64,000 nt of DNA from Chitinophagaceae bacterium (GTDB lineage Bacteria > Bacteroidota > Bacteroidia > Chitinophagales > Chitinophagaceae), in the NCBI GenBank assembly GCA_037045605.1, contig JBAOHK010000009.1, forward strand, positions 3,866 to 67,865, in the 5' to 3' direction. Shown here piece by piece: positions 1 through 10,155 of the stretch. The notes beneath the pieces were generated by a model, which was not told the origin of the DNA, did not search any database, and was given only the letters and a program-made list of their open reading frames with translations. Every line of letters begins with the position of its first letter. The stretch's first letter is position 1. The position numbers were made by a program, and so were the translations under genes.

Positions 1-276
1 ACTATGATGACAGCAATTGCTTCTGCCCTGACTGGAAAAAGAGTAAAACCATTCCTCGCAATGACAGGTGAAATAACATTACGGGGGCAGGTACTTCCGG
101 TTGGTGGTATTAAGGAAAAGGTATTGGCCGCTAAAAGGGCAGGTTTAAAGGAGATCGTCCTTTGCTGGCAGAATGAAAAAGATGTGGAGGAAATCGAATC
201 TGAGTTTATCAAAGGCATTAAGTTTCATTATGTAAAAACCATGAACCAGGTGCTGGAACTGGCGTTGGTTCCATAA
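1..276 (+). CDS. lon: Lon protease, C-terminal (S16 proteolytic domain) fragment; the 5' end lies outside the window
   Basis: Frame-1 ORF is open to the window edge. The translation [35 protein letters not shown] carries the Lon catalytic-Lys motif GGIKEK. Confidence 0.85.
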   Translation, partial: TMMTAIASALTGKRVKPFLAMTGEITLRGQVLPVGGIKEKVLAAKRAGLKEIVLCWQNEKDVEEIESEFIKGIKFHYVKTMNQVLELALVP

Positions 277-373
277 AATATTTCAATTTATTGCTCAACC
301 AGCTCAATTTCCTGTTGTTATAGTTATTCATGTTGGTTGTTAAGGCTTGCCTCCGCCGATAGCGGGGATTAAG

Positions 374-405
374 AAATCCTCCCTGTTAAGGGAGGGTTTT
401 CTTTT
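374..405 (+). terminator. Rho-independent terminator after lon
   Basis: Stem CCTCCCT / AGGGAGG with loop GTTA, followed by GTTTTCTTTT. Confidence 0.5.
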
Positions 406-410
406 GGCTA

Positions 411-1493
411 ATGCTGTATTTTCGTCATGTATTGCATTTTTGTTTAACAATATTGTTTTCCCTGTTTTTATCCTGTGGGTTTGCTCAAACCCTCGGCGGA
501 AATTCTGTCTTTAACTTCCTTAAACTTTCTAATACACCCCAATTAACCGCCTCAGGCGGCGTAAATGTTTCTCAAACCTCTAACGATGTTGGTCTGGCTT
601 TTAATAACCCGGCTTTGCTGAAACCTTCCATGCACACACAAATGAATGCCGTGTTCAATAGTTTTTATGCAGGTATTAAGGTATATCACCTGTCATTAGG
701 TTATCGTAATGAAAAACTCAAGACTAATTTTTTATGGGGTCTTAATTATTTCGATTACGGCAGCACTTCAGAAACAGATGCTTCCGGGAATATGCTCGGC
801 AAGTTCAGGCCAACAGACTGGGTGATGCAGGTGTCAGCATCAAGAAATTACCTTGACAAGTGGAATTATGGAGCAACCGTTAAGTTTATCAATTCGAATT
901 ATGCACAGTATCATTCCAATGGGCTGGCATTGGATATTGGCGTTTTGTATGTTGATTCCGCAAAACTTTTTTCTGCTTCACTGCTGGCAAAAAACATGGG
1001 AACACAATTAAAAAAATATCAAGGCTCCGATCCAGATGACGTGCCGTTTGATTTGCAGATCGGTATAACTAAACGTTTATCAAAAGCACCTTTTAGTTTT
1101 TCATTGACTGCCCAACAAGTGCATCAGTTTGATATCAATTACAACGACACCACTTTTAATAGCGAAAATGGATTTGCAAACAGCAGTACTAAAAAATTCT
1201 CCTTTGAGAAACTGATCAATCACTTTGTGTTTGCCACTACCATTTATGTCGGGGACAGGGTGGAGGTAATGGCTGGCTATAATTTTCTCCGGCGAAAGGA
1301 GTTGCGCATCGGAAATGCAGCCAATGGATTAAATGGGTTTTCCCTTGGTACGGGGGTAAAGCTGGGCAAATTGCAACTCAGGTATGCGAGGGCATATTAT
1401 CAGAGCAATACTGCTATTAACCAACTGGGCCTGAATATGAAACTGAACGACTACTTCGGACTGGGAAAACTGGGGCAAAAAATCGGCTGGTAA
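411..1493 (+). CDS. porQ: Type IX secretion system outer-membrane beta-barrel protein, PorQ-like
   Basis: Signal peptide, then GGNSVFNFLKLSNTPQLTASGGVNVS...NNPALL, the N-terminal signature I associate with PorQ. The C-terminus is beta-barrel-like and ends in aromatic residues. Confidence 0.6.
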   Translation: MLYFRHVLHFCLTILFSLFLSCGFAQTLGGNSVFNFLKLSNTPQLTASGGVNVSQTSNDVGLAFNNPALLKPSMHTQMNAVFNSFYAGIKVYHLSLGYRNEKLKTNFLWGLNYFDYGSTSETDASGNMLGKFRPTDWVMQVSASRNYLDKWNYGATVKFINSNYAQYHSNGLALDIGVLYVDSAKLFSASLLAKNMGTQLKKYQGSDPDDVPFDLQIGITKRLSKAPFSFSLTAQQVHQFDINYNDTTFNSENGFANSSTKKFSFEKLINHFVFATTIYVGDRVEVMAGYNFLRRKELRIGNAANGLNGFSLGTGVKLGKLQLRYARAYYQSNTAINQLGLNMKLNDYFGLGKLGQKIGW

Positions 1494-1671
1494 CCCTTTG
1501 ACAAGAATCATCTGAAGTAAAAGTCGCTTTCCAGACTTTTAAAATGCTTTTGTGTAAAAAATTACCCCTTTAGTAGTATTTGCGATATAAGTGGAAACAC
1601 TAACTTTATGGAAGTTCCCGTAAATGATAAACGGGGTGTATATTGTATCTATAACCATTAAACTTTTGTTT

Positions 1672-2949
1672 ATGAGAATCCTTCTCTCAGTAATTATCTT
1701 CCTGGTAATTTCGAACGCTGCTATTTCACAAAATGTAGGTATCGGAACAACAACACCTGCAGCTAAACTGGATGTTAAATCAACTTCCCAATATGTAGGT
1801 CAGTTCAACGGTGCTGCACCTATGTATATGGGCATATTTGAAAATGACATATATCGTGGCTACTGGGGTTCATATTCCGGCGCAGCCGAAGATGTGGACT
1901 TTGGTACCGGTTCGGGAACCACTGGTAAATTACATTTTACTATACAGGCCAATCCAAGAATGACGATTGATAATGCAGGCAGGGTAGGTGTTGGTACTAC
2001 TACACCCAATCACCTGTTTCATGTAAACGGAGGCGACCTGTTTGTACAATCAAGCTCCGGCCTCATACGTTTTGGCTATAATGGAGCCAACGAGTGGCAG
2101 CTTGCCACCACCGGCGGTGGTGCTGACCTGAGATGGTACACAACACCAGATGGTGGAACGACAATTACCCCACGACACTATTTTTCACAAAATGGTAATG
2201 TGGGCCTCGGCGGTTTTTCTGGCCCTGGAACACCATTAGGCAGGCTTGATGTGTTGGGAAGTGGCACCTCTTCCAGTACCAATACTTTTTTGCTTCGCAA
2301 TAGCATCGGAGATACTCTGCTTCGTATGCGGGATGATGGTCGTATGGGCATAGGGTACAATGGTTCCAGCTACGGTCGTACATTGAACATGGGCGGTACA
2401 GGTATCAATTTTTATACGGCAAATGAAGTCGCCTTCGGGGGGGCTATTTTTCCGACCGATACTTCATTGGTAATATGGAGCAACAGTGCTGCCAATAACT
2501 ATCTTGTCTTTCAGCCTTCCTGGGGTAATACTGGTATCGGCACGTACACACCCAATGCAAAACTGCACCTGAATGGTGCGCAGCTTATCGGCAGTAACAG
2601 CGCCGTTCCTGCTACGGGATATCAGCTCAGCGTGGATGGTAAGATAATTGCCGAAGAAGTAAAAGTGCAGTTGAGCACCAGCTGGCCCGATTATGTGTTT
2701 GATGAAGGATACAAACTGATGCCGATAGAAGACCTGGAGAAAAGCATTCGCCAGCATAAGCACCTCCCGAATATCCCTTCAGCAGCAGAAGTAACAGCAG
2801 AGAATGGTATTCAACTGGGTGAAATGAACAGGAAACTGGTGGAGAAAGTAGAAGAACTCACCCTTTACATCATACAACTAAAGAAAGAAAATACAAGCCT
2901 GGAAGAAAGGCTGAATAAAGTAGAAAAAAAATTGGGTACAGACCAGTAA
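1672..2949 (+). CDS. Secreted tail-fibre-like repeat protein, paralog A1 (function unknown)
   Basis: Start moved to the internal ATG (MRILLSVIIF...) by alignment with paralog A2. It has a signal peptide and reiterated GIGTTxP / NGG motifs. The C-terminus carries WPDYVF...KHLPNIPSA...EELTLYIIQL followed by a coiled-coil tail. Confidence 0.6.
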   Translation: MRILLSVIIFLVISNAAISQNVGIGTTTPAAKLDVKSTSQYVGQFNGAAPMYMGIFENDIYRGYWGSYSGAAEDVDFGTGSGTTGKLHFTIQANPRMTIDNAGRVGVGTTTPNHLFHVNGGDLFVQSSSGLIRFGYNGANEWQLATTGGGADLRWYTTPDGGTTITPRHYFSQNGNVGLGGFSGPGTPLGRLDVLGSGTSSSTNTFLLRNSIGDTLLRMRDDGRMGIGYNGSSYGRTLNMGGTGINFYTANEVAFGGAIFPTDTSLVIWSNSAANNYLVFQPSWGNTGIGTYTPNAKLHLNGAQLIGSNSAVPATGYQLSVDGKIIAEEVKVQLSTSWPDYVFDEGYKLMPIEDLEKSIRQHKHLPNIPSAAEVTAENGIQLGEMNRKLVEKVEELTLYIIQLKKENTSLEERLNKVEKKLGTDQ

Positions 2950-2972
2950 TATTCATTCTTTCAAATTAAGGT

Positions 2973-5939
2973 ATGAAAAAAGTATTCTTAATGGCGGCCA
3001 TACTGCTGGTTGCCCTGTCTGCTTTTGCGCAGCGAAAAATTCCCCCTCAATTACAAACCCGTTTGCAGGGCAAAACAAAAGTAGTGGATATAATGGCGGA
3101 AGTAAACCGGTATTATGATTTCGGAAGGGCAAATGTGCAGGATGGCCAGGGTAATGAAGAAGAATGGGAAGGTAACGACTATCTCTGGTGGAAGAAATGG
3201 GAATATTGGGCCATGCGCAGACTTAACCCGGATGGTACGCTTGCCAATCACCGGGCAAAAAATTATATCGCACAGCAGGAACTGAACAGGAAATTTAATG
3301 GTGCCCTCGAAGAGGCAGAGAGCAATTTCAGACAAGGTAGTTATCGTCCATCTGAAACAAACACAAATGGAAGTGCGCCTCCTGACATCGCTTCCCTGAG
3401 CTACGGAGGCTGGAGTGAAGTAGGCCCGTTTGACGGGGGTGCTATTGTGGGTTCGGGTGTCAATATCGATATCAATGGTCTGGCCAGGATGGACCGGATC
3501 AGTTTCCATCCCAGCAATGCAAATATCATGTACACCGGTTCGCCCAGCGGCAGCGTATATAAGACCACAGATGGCGGTACTACCTGGAATGATATTGGCC
3601 GCGGTCTTCCCTTAGGAGTGGCCTGTTTAAAAGTGGCTCCCTCTAATGGTAATGTTATTTATGTTTTTTCAGGAGATGGTGACAGTCACCGCTCCACCAC
3701 CTTTGTTTTTAATTACGATGTGTCACCTATCAGCCAGGGTTTGTTTAAAAGTACTAATGGCGGAGTTAGCTGGACAAAATGTACTGATATGTACACAGGG
3801 CCAAATGACCTGGTGGGCCATAATATAACCATCTCACAAAGCAACAGTAATTTTCTGCTGGTAGCTACCGACCAGGGCTTATACCGAACGACAGATGGCG
3901 GAAATTCCTGGACACAGGTAAGGACCGGAGATATCAATGATGTTGTTTTTCGCCCGCATGATGATTCAACAGTCTATTCCTGCACCGCCACCACTATTTC
4001 ATACAGTACAGGAGGCGGACGTTCCGGCACCTGGGTGGCCAGTACACTGAGTCCTGCTCCGGCTATTGCTTCACAACGTATTGAACTGGGGGTAAGAAAT
4101 AATAATACAGGTGTACAGTCCACTTTTGTGTATGCATTGCTCAGCGGCGCATCAGCAGGAAGTTTCTCCGGCATTTATCTGAGTACGGATGTTGGCGTTA
4201 CTTATAACCGTCAGTCAAATACACCAAATATACTCGGCCAAACCACAGCGGGTTCGGACGGTTCCATACAGGCCCGCTACAACCTGGGTATTTGTGTAAA
4301 GCCTACGGATGCAAACTATATTGTCACCGCAGGACTTTGCGTTTGGCGAAGTAATGGCAGTAATGGAGGCACCAGTATGGTGTTCAGCAGTATTTACAGA
4401 GAAGGGTTTGGCGCAGCTACCGCTTATATCCACCCGGATGTGCATGATGTGCAATACAACCCGATTAATGAAAATTTGTATGCCTGCACCGACGGGGGTG
4501 TATACCGAAGCCTGGATGATGGCGTAACCTGGACAAACTTATCCAATGGTTTAGTAGGCACACAATTTTACCATATGGGAATGCGGGATTCTGACGGTGA
4601 TGGTGAAGTGGATGGAGTGGAGATCATCGCCGGGGCACAGGACAATGGTGTTAAATACAGAACTACTGGCGGCATTTGGCGCCATATACTTTGTTGTGAT
4701 GGCTACGATGGAGTGATTAAAGGTTCTACGCCTGGCTACGCACTGATGACATTTAACGGTGGCAGGTACCGTACCCCCGATGGTGGTGTAAATATGGTTA
4801 GTGAAGGCAGCGCCACCGCATTTTCACCTACGGCTATTGACTATGGTAATGATGATACCATGTATGTAGCCTCAAGTTCATTACTCAGAAGCTATGATGG
4901 CGGGCAAAACTATACTACAATCGCTGTTGATGTAAATAATATTATTGTAACCTGCCCCAGTAATTCGGCAAGATTGTATGGCGGCAGTTCGGCCAAGACA
5001 AACTTGCGGCGAAGTGATGACCGTGGCACTACCTGGACAACTAAAAGCGGCAATCCCGGCTGGCCTGCCGGATCGCCGGTTGTAACAGACTGCAGACCCT
5101 GGCCCTCTAATTCTTTGGAGATATATACTTCATTTGGAGGATATACTGCCGGGGTAAAAGTTTACCGCAGTCTGGATGGTGGAGATTCCTGGACCAATTA
5201 CAGCGGAACATTGCCCAATATACCCGTGCATAGCTTGTGTACAGCTACAGAGGGTGTGTATGCCGGCACTGAACTGGGAGTTTTCTTCAGGCCGGATGGC
5301 GCCGCAGACTGGACGCCATTTTATACAGGTATGCCCAATGCATTGGTTACTGATATCTGGGCTGCAGAAAACGGCCTGGTATATGCCAGCACATTCGGTC
5401 ATGGGGTATGGCTGGCCAGCCGCTATTCTAACTGTGCCGCTACGGTAAATGTTACCGGTACGCTGGATGGGCAGCATTATTATGAAGCCGGTACCACTGC
5501 CACCGTTACTGCATTCAGTGATGGTGGTACGGGTACTAATATTTTTGTAAAAAGTAATGGTACAGTAGAAATGCTTCCCGGCTTTGAAATACAGGCAGGA
5601 ACCTTCTATAAGGCATGGATTGGCCCTTGTGCAACCGGCGGAATACCCGGAACCGGGCGGCCCGGATCAGTGGTTGTTCCGCACCTGACCGAAATGGATT
5701 CATTCAGGTATCAGCCTGCCGCATCCACCCCTTATTTCAGAATAGTAAATGGAAAAATAGAATTTAATGTTCTGCAAAAAGGGCATATGGAAATGTACAC
5801 ACAATTACAAGACGGGAAATGGGAACCTTTTTATGGCACAGAAATATCTATGGCTGGTTTGTATTCGATACCAGCGCCAAAAGCATTTAACGGGGCCTAT
5901 AAATTAATTTTCAATAATGCTGAATTGCCTAGTCTCTAA
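2973..5939 (+). CDS. Secreted BNR/Asp-box repeat beta-propeller protein (sialidase/sortilin-type repeats), paralog B1
   Basis: Signal peptide MKKVFLMAAILLVALSAFAQ. Multiple SxDxGxTW boxes are present (KTTDGGTTW, KSTNGGVSW, RTTDGGNSW, RSLDDGVTW, RSDDRGTTW, RSLDGGDSW). It starts 23 nt after A1. Confidence 0.75.
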   Translation: MKKVFLMAAILLVALSAFAQRKIPPQLQTRLQGKTKVVDIMAEVNRYYDFGRANVQDGQGNEEEWEGNDYLWWKKWEYWAMRRLNPDGTLANHRAKNYIAQQELNRKFNGALEEAESNFRQGSYRPSETNTNGSAPPDIASLSYGGWSEVGPFDGGAIVGSGVNIDINGLARMDRISFHPSNANIMYTGSPSGSVYKTTDGGTTWNDIGRGLPLGVACLKVAPSNGNVIYVFSGDGDSHRSTTFVFNYDVSPISQGLFKSTNGGVSWTKCTDMYTGPNDLVGHNITISQSNSNFLLVATDQGLYRTTDGGNSWTQVRTGDINDVVFRPHDDSTVYSCTATTISYSTGGGRSGTWVASTLSPAPAIASQRIELGVRNNNTGVQSTFVYALLSGASAGSFSGIYLSTDVGVTYNRQSNTPNILGQTTAGSDGSIQARYNLGICVKPTDANYIVTAGLCVWRSNGSNGGTSMVFSSIYREGFGAATAYIHPDVHDVQYNPINENLYACTDGGVYRSLDDGVTWTNLSNGLVGTQFYHMGMRDSDGDGEVDGVEIIAGAQDNGVKYRTTGGIWRHILCCDGYDGVIKGSTPGYALMTFNGGRYRTPDGGVNMVSEGSATAFSPTAIDYGNDDTMYVASSSLLRSYDGGQNYTTIAVDVNNIIVTCPSNSARLYGGSSAKTNLRRSDDRGTTWTTKSGNPGWPAGSPVVTDCRPWPSNSLEIYTSFGGYTAGVKVYRSLDGGDSWTNYSGTLPNIPVHSLCTATEGVYAGTELGVFFRPDGAADWTPFYTGMPNALVTDIWAAENGLVYASTFGHGVWLASRYSNCAATVNVTGTLDGQHYYEAGTTATVTAFSDGGTGTNIFVKSNGTVEMLPGFEIQAGTFYKAWIGPCATGGIPGTGRPGSVVVPHLTEMDSFRYQPAASTPYFRIVNGKIEFNVLQKGHMEMYTQLQDGKWEPFYGTEISMAGLYSIPAPKAFNGAYKLIFNNAELPSL

Positions 5940-6024
5940 GTTTCTGGGTATAACAAATTGGGCAAATAGACTGTCAGCGTATAATGATTAAAAACTAAGA
6001 GTCGGTAAATAAAACAGGAAGAAT

Positions 6025-8653
6025 ATGAAGCAAGTTGTAAAACTTTTTGCACTTCAACTTTTTTTATTGCTTGCAATGCAAACTACAGCACAGCGAAATG
6101 TAGATGAAATATTAAGAGATCCGAGTAACAATTATTTTGTAATAAAACAAAAGGCCGACAGCTTCTTTGCAAGAGTGGGTGAAGTTGGCACCGGCTATAA
6201 ACTATTCAAGCGCTGGGAATTCCTGGTAAGAAATAATGTGGACCAGACAGGTATGTTGCCTGATTTTGAAGCCCTCAATAAAGCAGCTTATACTGAATAT
6301 AAATCCCGCAATGGTCGTAATGAATTTATTGAAGCAGGGGTATCAAACTGGATACCACTTGGCCAGCCCAACCCTACCATACAGGCGGGTGATGCGCAAA
6401 ACGGTGTGGGCCGCAACAGCAGCCTCGATTTTGTGGGCAACGATATTTGGGTAAGCACACCTGGCGGCGGTATGTGGTTTGGCGATTTTTTAGGCGGGAG
6501 CGTCTATAACTGGACACCCAAAACAGATGGCATACCTAACCTGGCAGTGCAGGATATTGAAATAGCTCCCACCAATACCAACATTATGTATGCACTTACA
6601 GGTGCTGTGGGTGGTGCTTCGGGTTACCGCAGTACCGGTGTGTTAAAAAGTACCGATGCCGGCGCTACATGGCTTACCACGGGCCTTAACTTTCCTGCAA
6701 CTGGTAATGTAAAAGGCTATAAATTATTGGTACACCCCAACAACGCTAATATCGTATGGGCCTGTACAGACAATGGACTTTTCCGCACTGCTGATGGCGG
6801 TACTAGCTGGGACCTGGTAACCTATTACAACACCGTTGGCGGTACGCAATTCGATCTTAATACCAATGCCTATGATATAGTGTACCAGCCTGGCAGCACA
6901 ACCACCATGTATGCCACCAGTAATGGTCCCTATTTTTACAAAAGCACTGATGGAGGTTTGACCTTTTTAAGGGTGGACAGGGCTGGTGCTGGCCTGCCAA
7001 CCACCGGCGGCCGGATACAAATTGGTGTAACCGCTGCAAACAGTGCATACATATACCTGTTGTATGGCGATGGCACTGCTTACCAGGGTTTATATCGCAG
7101 CACAAACAGTGGCACTAGTTTTACCCTGCGCAGCAATACACCCAATGTATTGGGCGGCCAGGCATGGCGAAATATCTGCATAGCTGTATCACCAACAGAT
7201 GTGGACGACATTTATGTAGGAGGCCTGGACATTTATAAAAGTACCACAGGTGGTGCTACCGGTGGTTGGGTTCAGATTTCCAGTTGGACCAGTACAAGCA
7301 CCAGCAATTTTAGCCATGCCGATATTTTTGAATTGAAATGCGATGCCACTTATTTGTATTGCGCAAGCGACGGCGGTCTTTACCGCATGACCCGCAGCAC
7401 TGATACCTGGATCAGCCTGATGGCCAGTATGCAAACAGGCCAGGTTTATCGTATGGGTATTGACCCCACTGCTTCAGCTGCTTTTGTTACAGTAGGGCTG
7501 CAGGACAATGGCAGCTACCGCAACACCGGGGCACAATACCTGAGTATTGGTGGCGGAGATGGAATGGAAACCGTTGTAAACCCTTCCAATACCAATGTGA
7601 TTTACCTTTCTACCCAAAACGGTAACTTTTAACCGCAGCGACGATGGCGGCAGCTACCAATGGTTTTATCAGAGGCGGTGCCGGCAACTGGACCACACCA
7701 GCCGTGTTGCGTCCCGGAAATGATACGCATATCTATATAGGCTACGCCAATATTGATTACAACACCACTTCAGGAGCAGGCGCATGGAGTACCATCGCTA
7801 CTGGTTTTGGTAATGCGATTGAATCGCTGGAGTTTGCACCAAGCGTTAATACTATTTTATATGCTACCGAGGGCCAGTCGGTAAGGCGGTTTAACCTGAG
7901 CGGCGGCTGTATGGTCGGCAGCTAACAATCATTACGGGCAGCCTACCCACAAGCAATATCACCGAACTGGCAGTTGATCCCAACAATTCGGCGCATGTGG
8001 TGGTATGCTATGGCGGCTATACAGCAGCCAACAAAGTATTTGAAACCTTCAATGCTAATGCAGCCACACCCACCTGGACAAATATTACCGCCACCCTTCC
8101 GAATGTACCTGTTAATTGCATTACAATGGATGATGATGCAAACAATACCATCTACATAGGTACCGATATTGGTGTGTTTGTCCGTAATGATGTGCTGGAT
8201 AACTGGATCATGTACAGCAACAATCTGCCGGTAACAAGAGTGTATGATATTGAAATCAACCGCTCATTGGCTACGCACCGTGTTTACGCAGCCACATTTG
8301 GCAGGGGTGTTTTTTATGCGGAAGTTTATACGGGTTGTATCAGCTCAACAAGCCTAACAGGTAATGTAATTGGGCTGGAATACACTGAAACCTCAACTTC
8401 TATCACCTCCACCCAGTTTATTTCAGGGGGAGAAGGAACTTCTGTCGGATATAACTCCGGCGGCAGCATTACACTCAATCCTGGGTTTGAAGTAAAAGCC
8501 GGGTCTAAATTTGAAGCTTATATTATTGGTTGTACAACTTCTGGTACCCCTCCTCGGCCATTAAGAATAGTACCAATACAGCGAAATGTTACAACACCTG
8601 TACAACAGCCTGTTCCTTCACAAAACCCATCGCCCCCACAGCAGGGTAATTGA
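6025..8653 (+). pseudogene. BNR/Asp-box repeat propeller protein, paralog B2, split over frames 1, 2, 3 and 2 in this sequence
   Basis: ORFs 6025-7632, 7644-7925 and 7997-8653 plus a short frame-2 stretch (NRSDDGGSYQW) read through as one B1-like protein. Asp-boxes include KSTDAGATW and RTADGGTSW. The C-terminal LNPGFEVKAGSKFEAYIIGC matches B1. Confidence 0.7.
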
Positions 8654-8807
8654 TAGAACAAATAAAAGAAAGTGGTTGTAGCATCAATAGTGTCATTTAA
8701 GTTTGATTTAAGTGTACTATTCGCTATATGCATATAAGTATTAACTTTATACCAGCCGGTATTCTCTGGCTATTGTCAAGCTAGTTAATCATTAAACCTG
8801 AAAGTAT

Positions 8808-10055
8808 ATGAGAATCTTCCTCGTAATTATTCCATTATTTGCAATTGTAAATTTTTCTTATTCGCAGAACGTCGGCATAGGAACCACATTTCCGGCTGCA
8901 AAGCTGGATGTAAAAACCACTAGTAACTATGTGGGCCAATTTAATGGAGCCGCCCCTATGTACATGGGTATTTTTGAAGGCGATGTGTACCGCGGCTACT
9001 GGGGTTCCTATTCCGGAGCTGCTGAGGATGTGGATTTTGGAACCGGATCAGGAAATACACTTGGTAAACTGCATCTCACCATACAAGCAAACCCAAGGAT
9101 CACAATTAATCCAAGTGGCCATGTAGGTATAGGTACCACCAATCCCTTACACCTCCTTCACCTAAACGGGGGCGATCTCTTTGTCCAATCCAGTTCCGGC
9201 CTCATCCGGTTTGGATATAGCGGCGCTAATGAATGGCAAATGGCTACTACAGGCGCCGGTGCAGATCTTCGCTGGTATACCACCCCCGATGGCGGTACTA
9301 CCATCACTCCCAGGCACTATTTCAGCCAGAATGGTAATATGGGTGTGGGTGGCTTTTCCGGACCCGGCGTTCCGCTGGGGAGGCTGGATGTAATTGGTGC
9401 GGGTACCACATCCTCTACTAATACTTTCTTATTGCGCAACAGTGCAGGGGATACCATCATGCGGGTAAGGGATGATGGCCGTATGGGCATCGGCTATAAC
9501 ACCAGTACTTACGGAAGAACCATCAACCTTGGGGGTACCGGTATAAACTTCTATACCTCTAATGAAGCTGCATTCGGAGGCGCTGTTTTTCCCACAGATA
9601 CTTCAATAGTCATATGGTCAAACAGCAATGCCAATAATTACCTCGTGTTGCAACCATCATGGGGTAATACCGGGATAGGCACTTATACTCCAAATGCTAA
9701 ATTCCATTTGAATGGAGCACAGCTTATCGGTAACAACTCCCAACGGATAGCTACCGGGTATGAATTGAGTGTGGATGGGGATGTAATAGCAGAAAGCTTT
9801 GTTACTCAGAACAGCACCAGCTGGCCGGATTATGTATTTGAAGACAATTATCATTTAATGCCTCTCAGTGATCTCGAAAAATCTATCCGGAAAAATAAGC
9901 ATCTTCCTAATGTTCCTTCTGCAGCCGATATTGAAAAAAACGGGATCAACCTGGGGCCGATGACTTCCGCCTTGTTAGAAAAAGTAGAAGAGTTAACCCT
10001 CTATATTATCCAGTTGGAAAAGAGATTGAAAGCATTGGAAGAAAAAAATAAATAA
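8808..10055 (+). CDS. Secreted tail-fibre-like repeat protein, paralog A2 (function unknown)
   Basis: Roughly four of five residues are identical to A1 by eye over the full length. Signal peptide and C-terminal module are the same. Confidence 0.6.
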   Translation: MRIFLVIIPLFAIVNFSYSQNVGIGTTFPAAKLDVKTTSNYVGQFNGAAPMYMGIFEGDVYRGYWGSYSGAAEDVDFGTGSGNTLGKLHLTIQANPRITINPSGHVGIGTTNPLHLLHLNGGDLFVQSSSGLIRFGYSGANEWQMATTGAGADLRWYTTPDGGTTITPRHYFSQNGNMGVGGFSGPGVPLGRLDVIGAGTTSSTNTFLLRNSAGDTIMRVRDDGRMGIGYNTSTYGRTINLGGTGINFYTSNEAAFGGAVFPTDTSIVIWSNSNANNYLVLQPSWGNTGIGTYTPNAKFHLNGAQLIGNNSQRIATGYELSVDGDVIAESFVTQNSTSWPDYVFEDNYHLMPLSDLEKSIRKNKHLPNVPSAADIEKNGINLGPMTSALLEKVEELTLYIIQLEKRLKALEEKNK

Positions 10056-10077
10056 GATTAATTTTTTCGGCAGGTAT

Positions 10078-10112
10078 GAAAAAGCAGGAACGGACGTTCC
10101 TGCTTTTTTTTT
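10078..10112. terminator. Bidirectional rho-independent terminator between convergent genes
   Basis: AGCAGGAA / TTCCTGCT stem flanked by an A-run upstream and T9 downstream. Confidence 0.6.
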
Positions 10113-10155
10113 ATGTATATCAGGATACAGCATATGCAAAACCGAGTTGCCTGAC

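Noticed and set aside
1624-1671. Longer N-terminal extension of A1 (MINGVYIVSITIKLLF...).
   Set aside because: Paralog A2 starts at the equivalent of the internal ATG (ATGAGAATC in both). The extension would bury the signal peptide.
3051-3509. Long antisense or alternate-frame ORFs inside well-supported genes: 3051-3509(-), 19393-19857(-), 41028-41492(-), 50301-50816(+), 52418-52981(+), 56027-56479(-), 62615-63085(-), 63450-63926(-).
   Set aside because: Each lies wholly or largely within, or antisense to, a gene with clear family motifs. Their translations are low-complexity or Cys/Arg/His-rich and have no recognisable domains, which is typical of shadow ORFs.
1672-10055. Prophage remnant, suggested by the tail-fibre-like proteins.
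   Set aside because: There are no capsid, portal, terminase, baseplate, tape-measure, lysis or integrase genes. Both proteins have Sec signal peptides and housekeeping flanks, so I treat them as cellular surface proteins.
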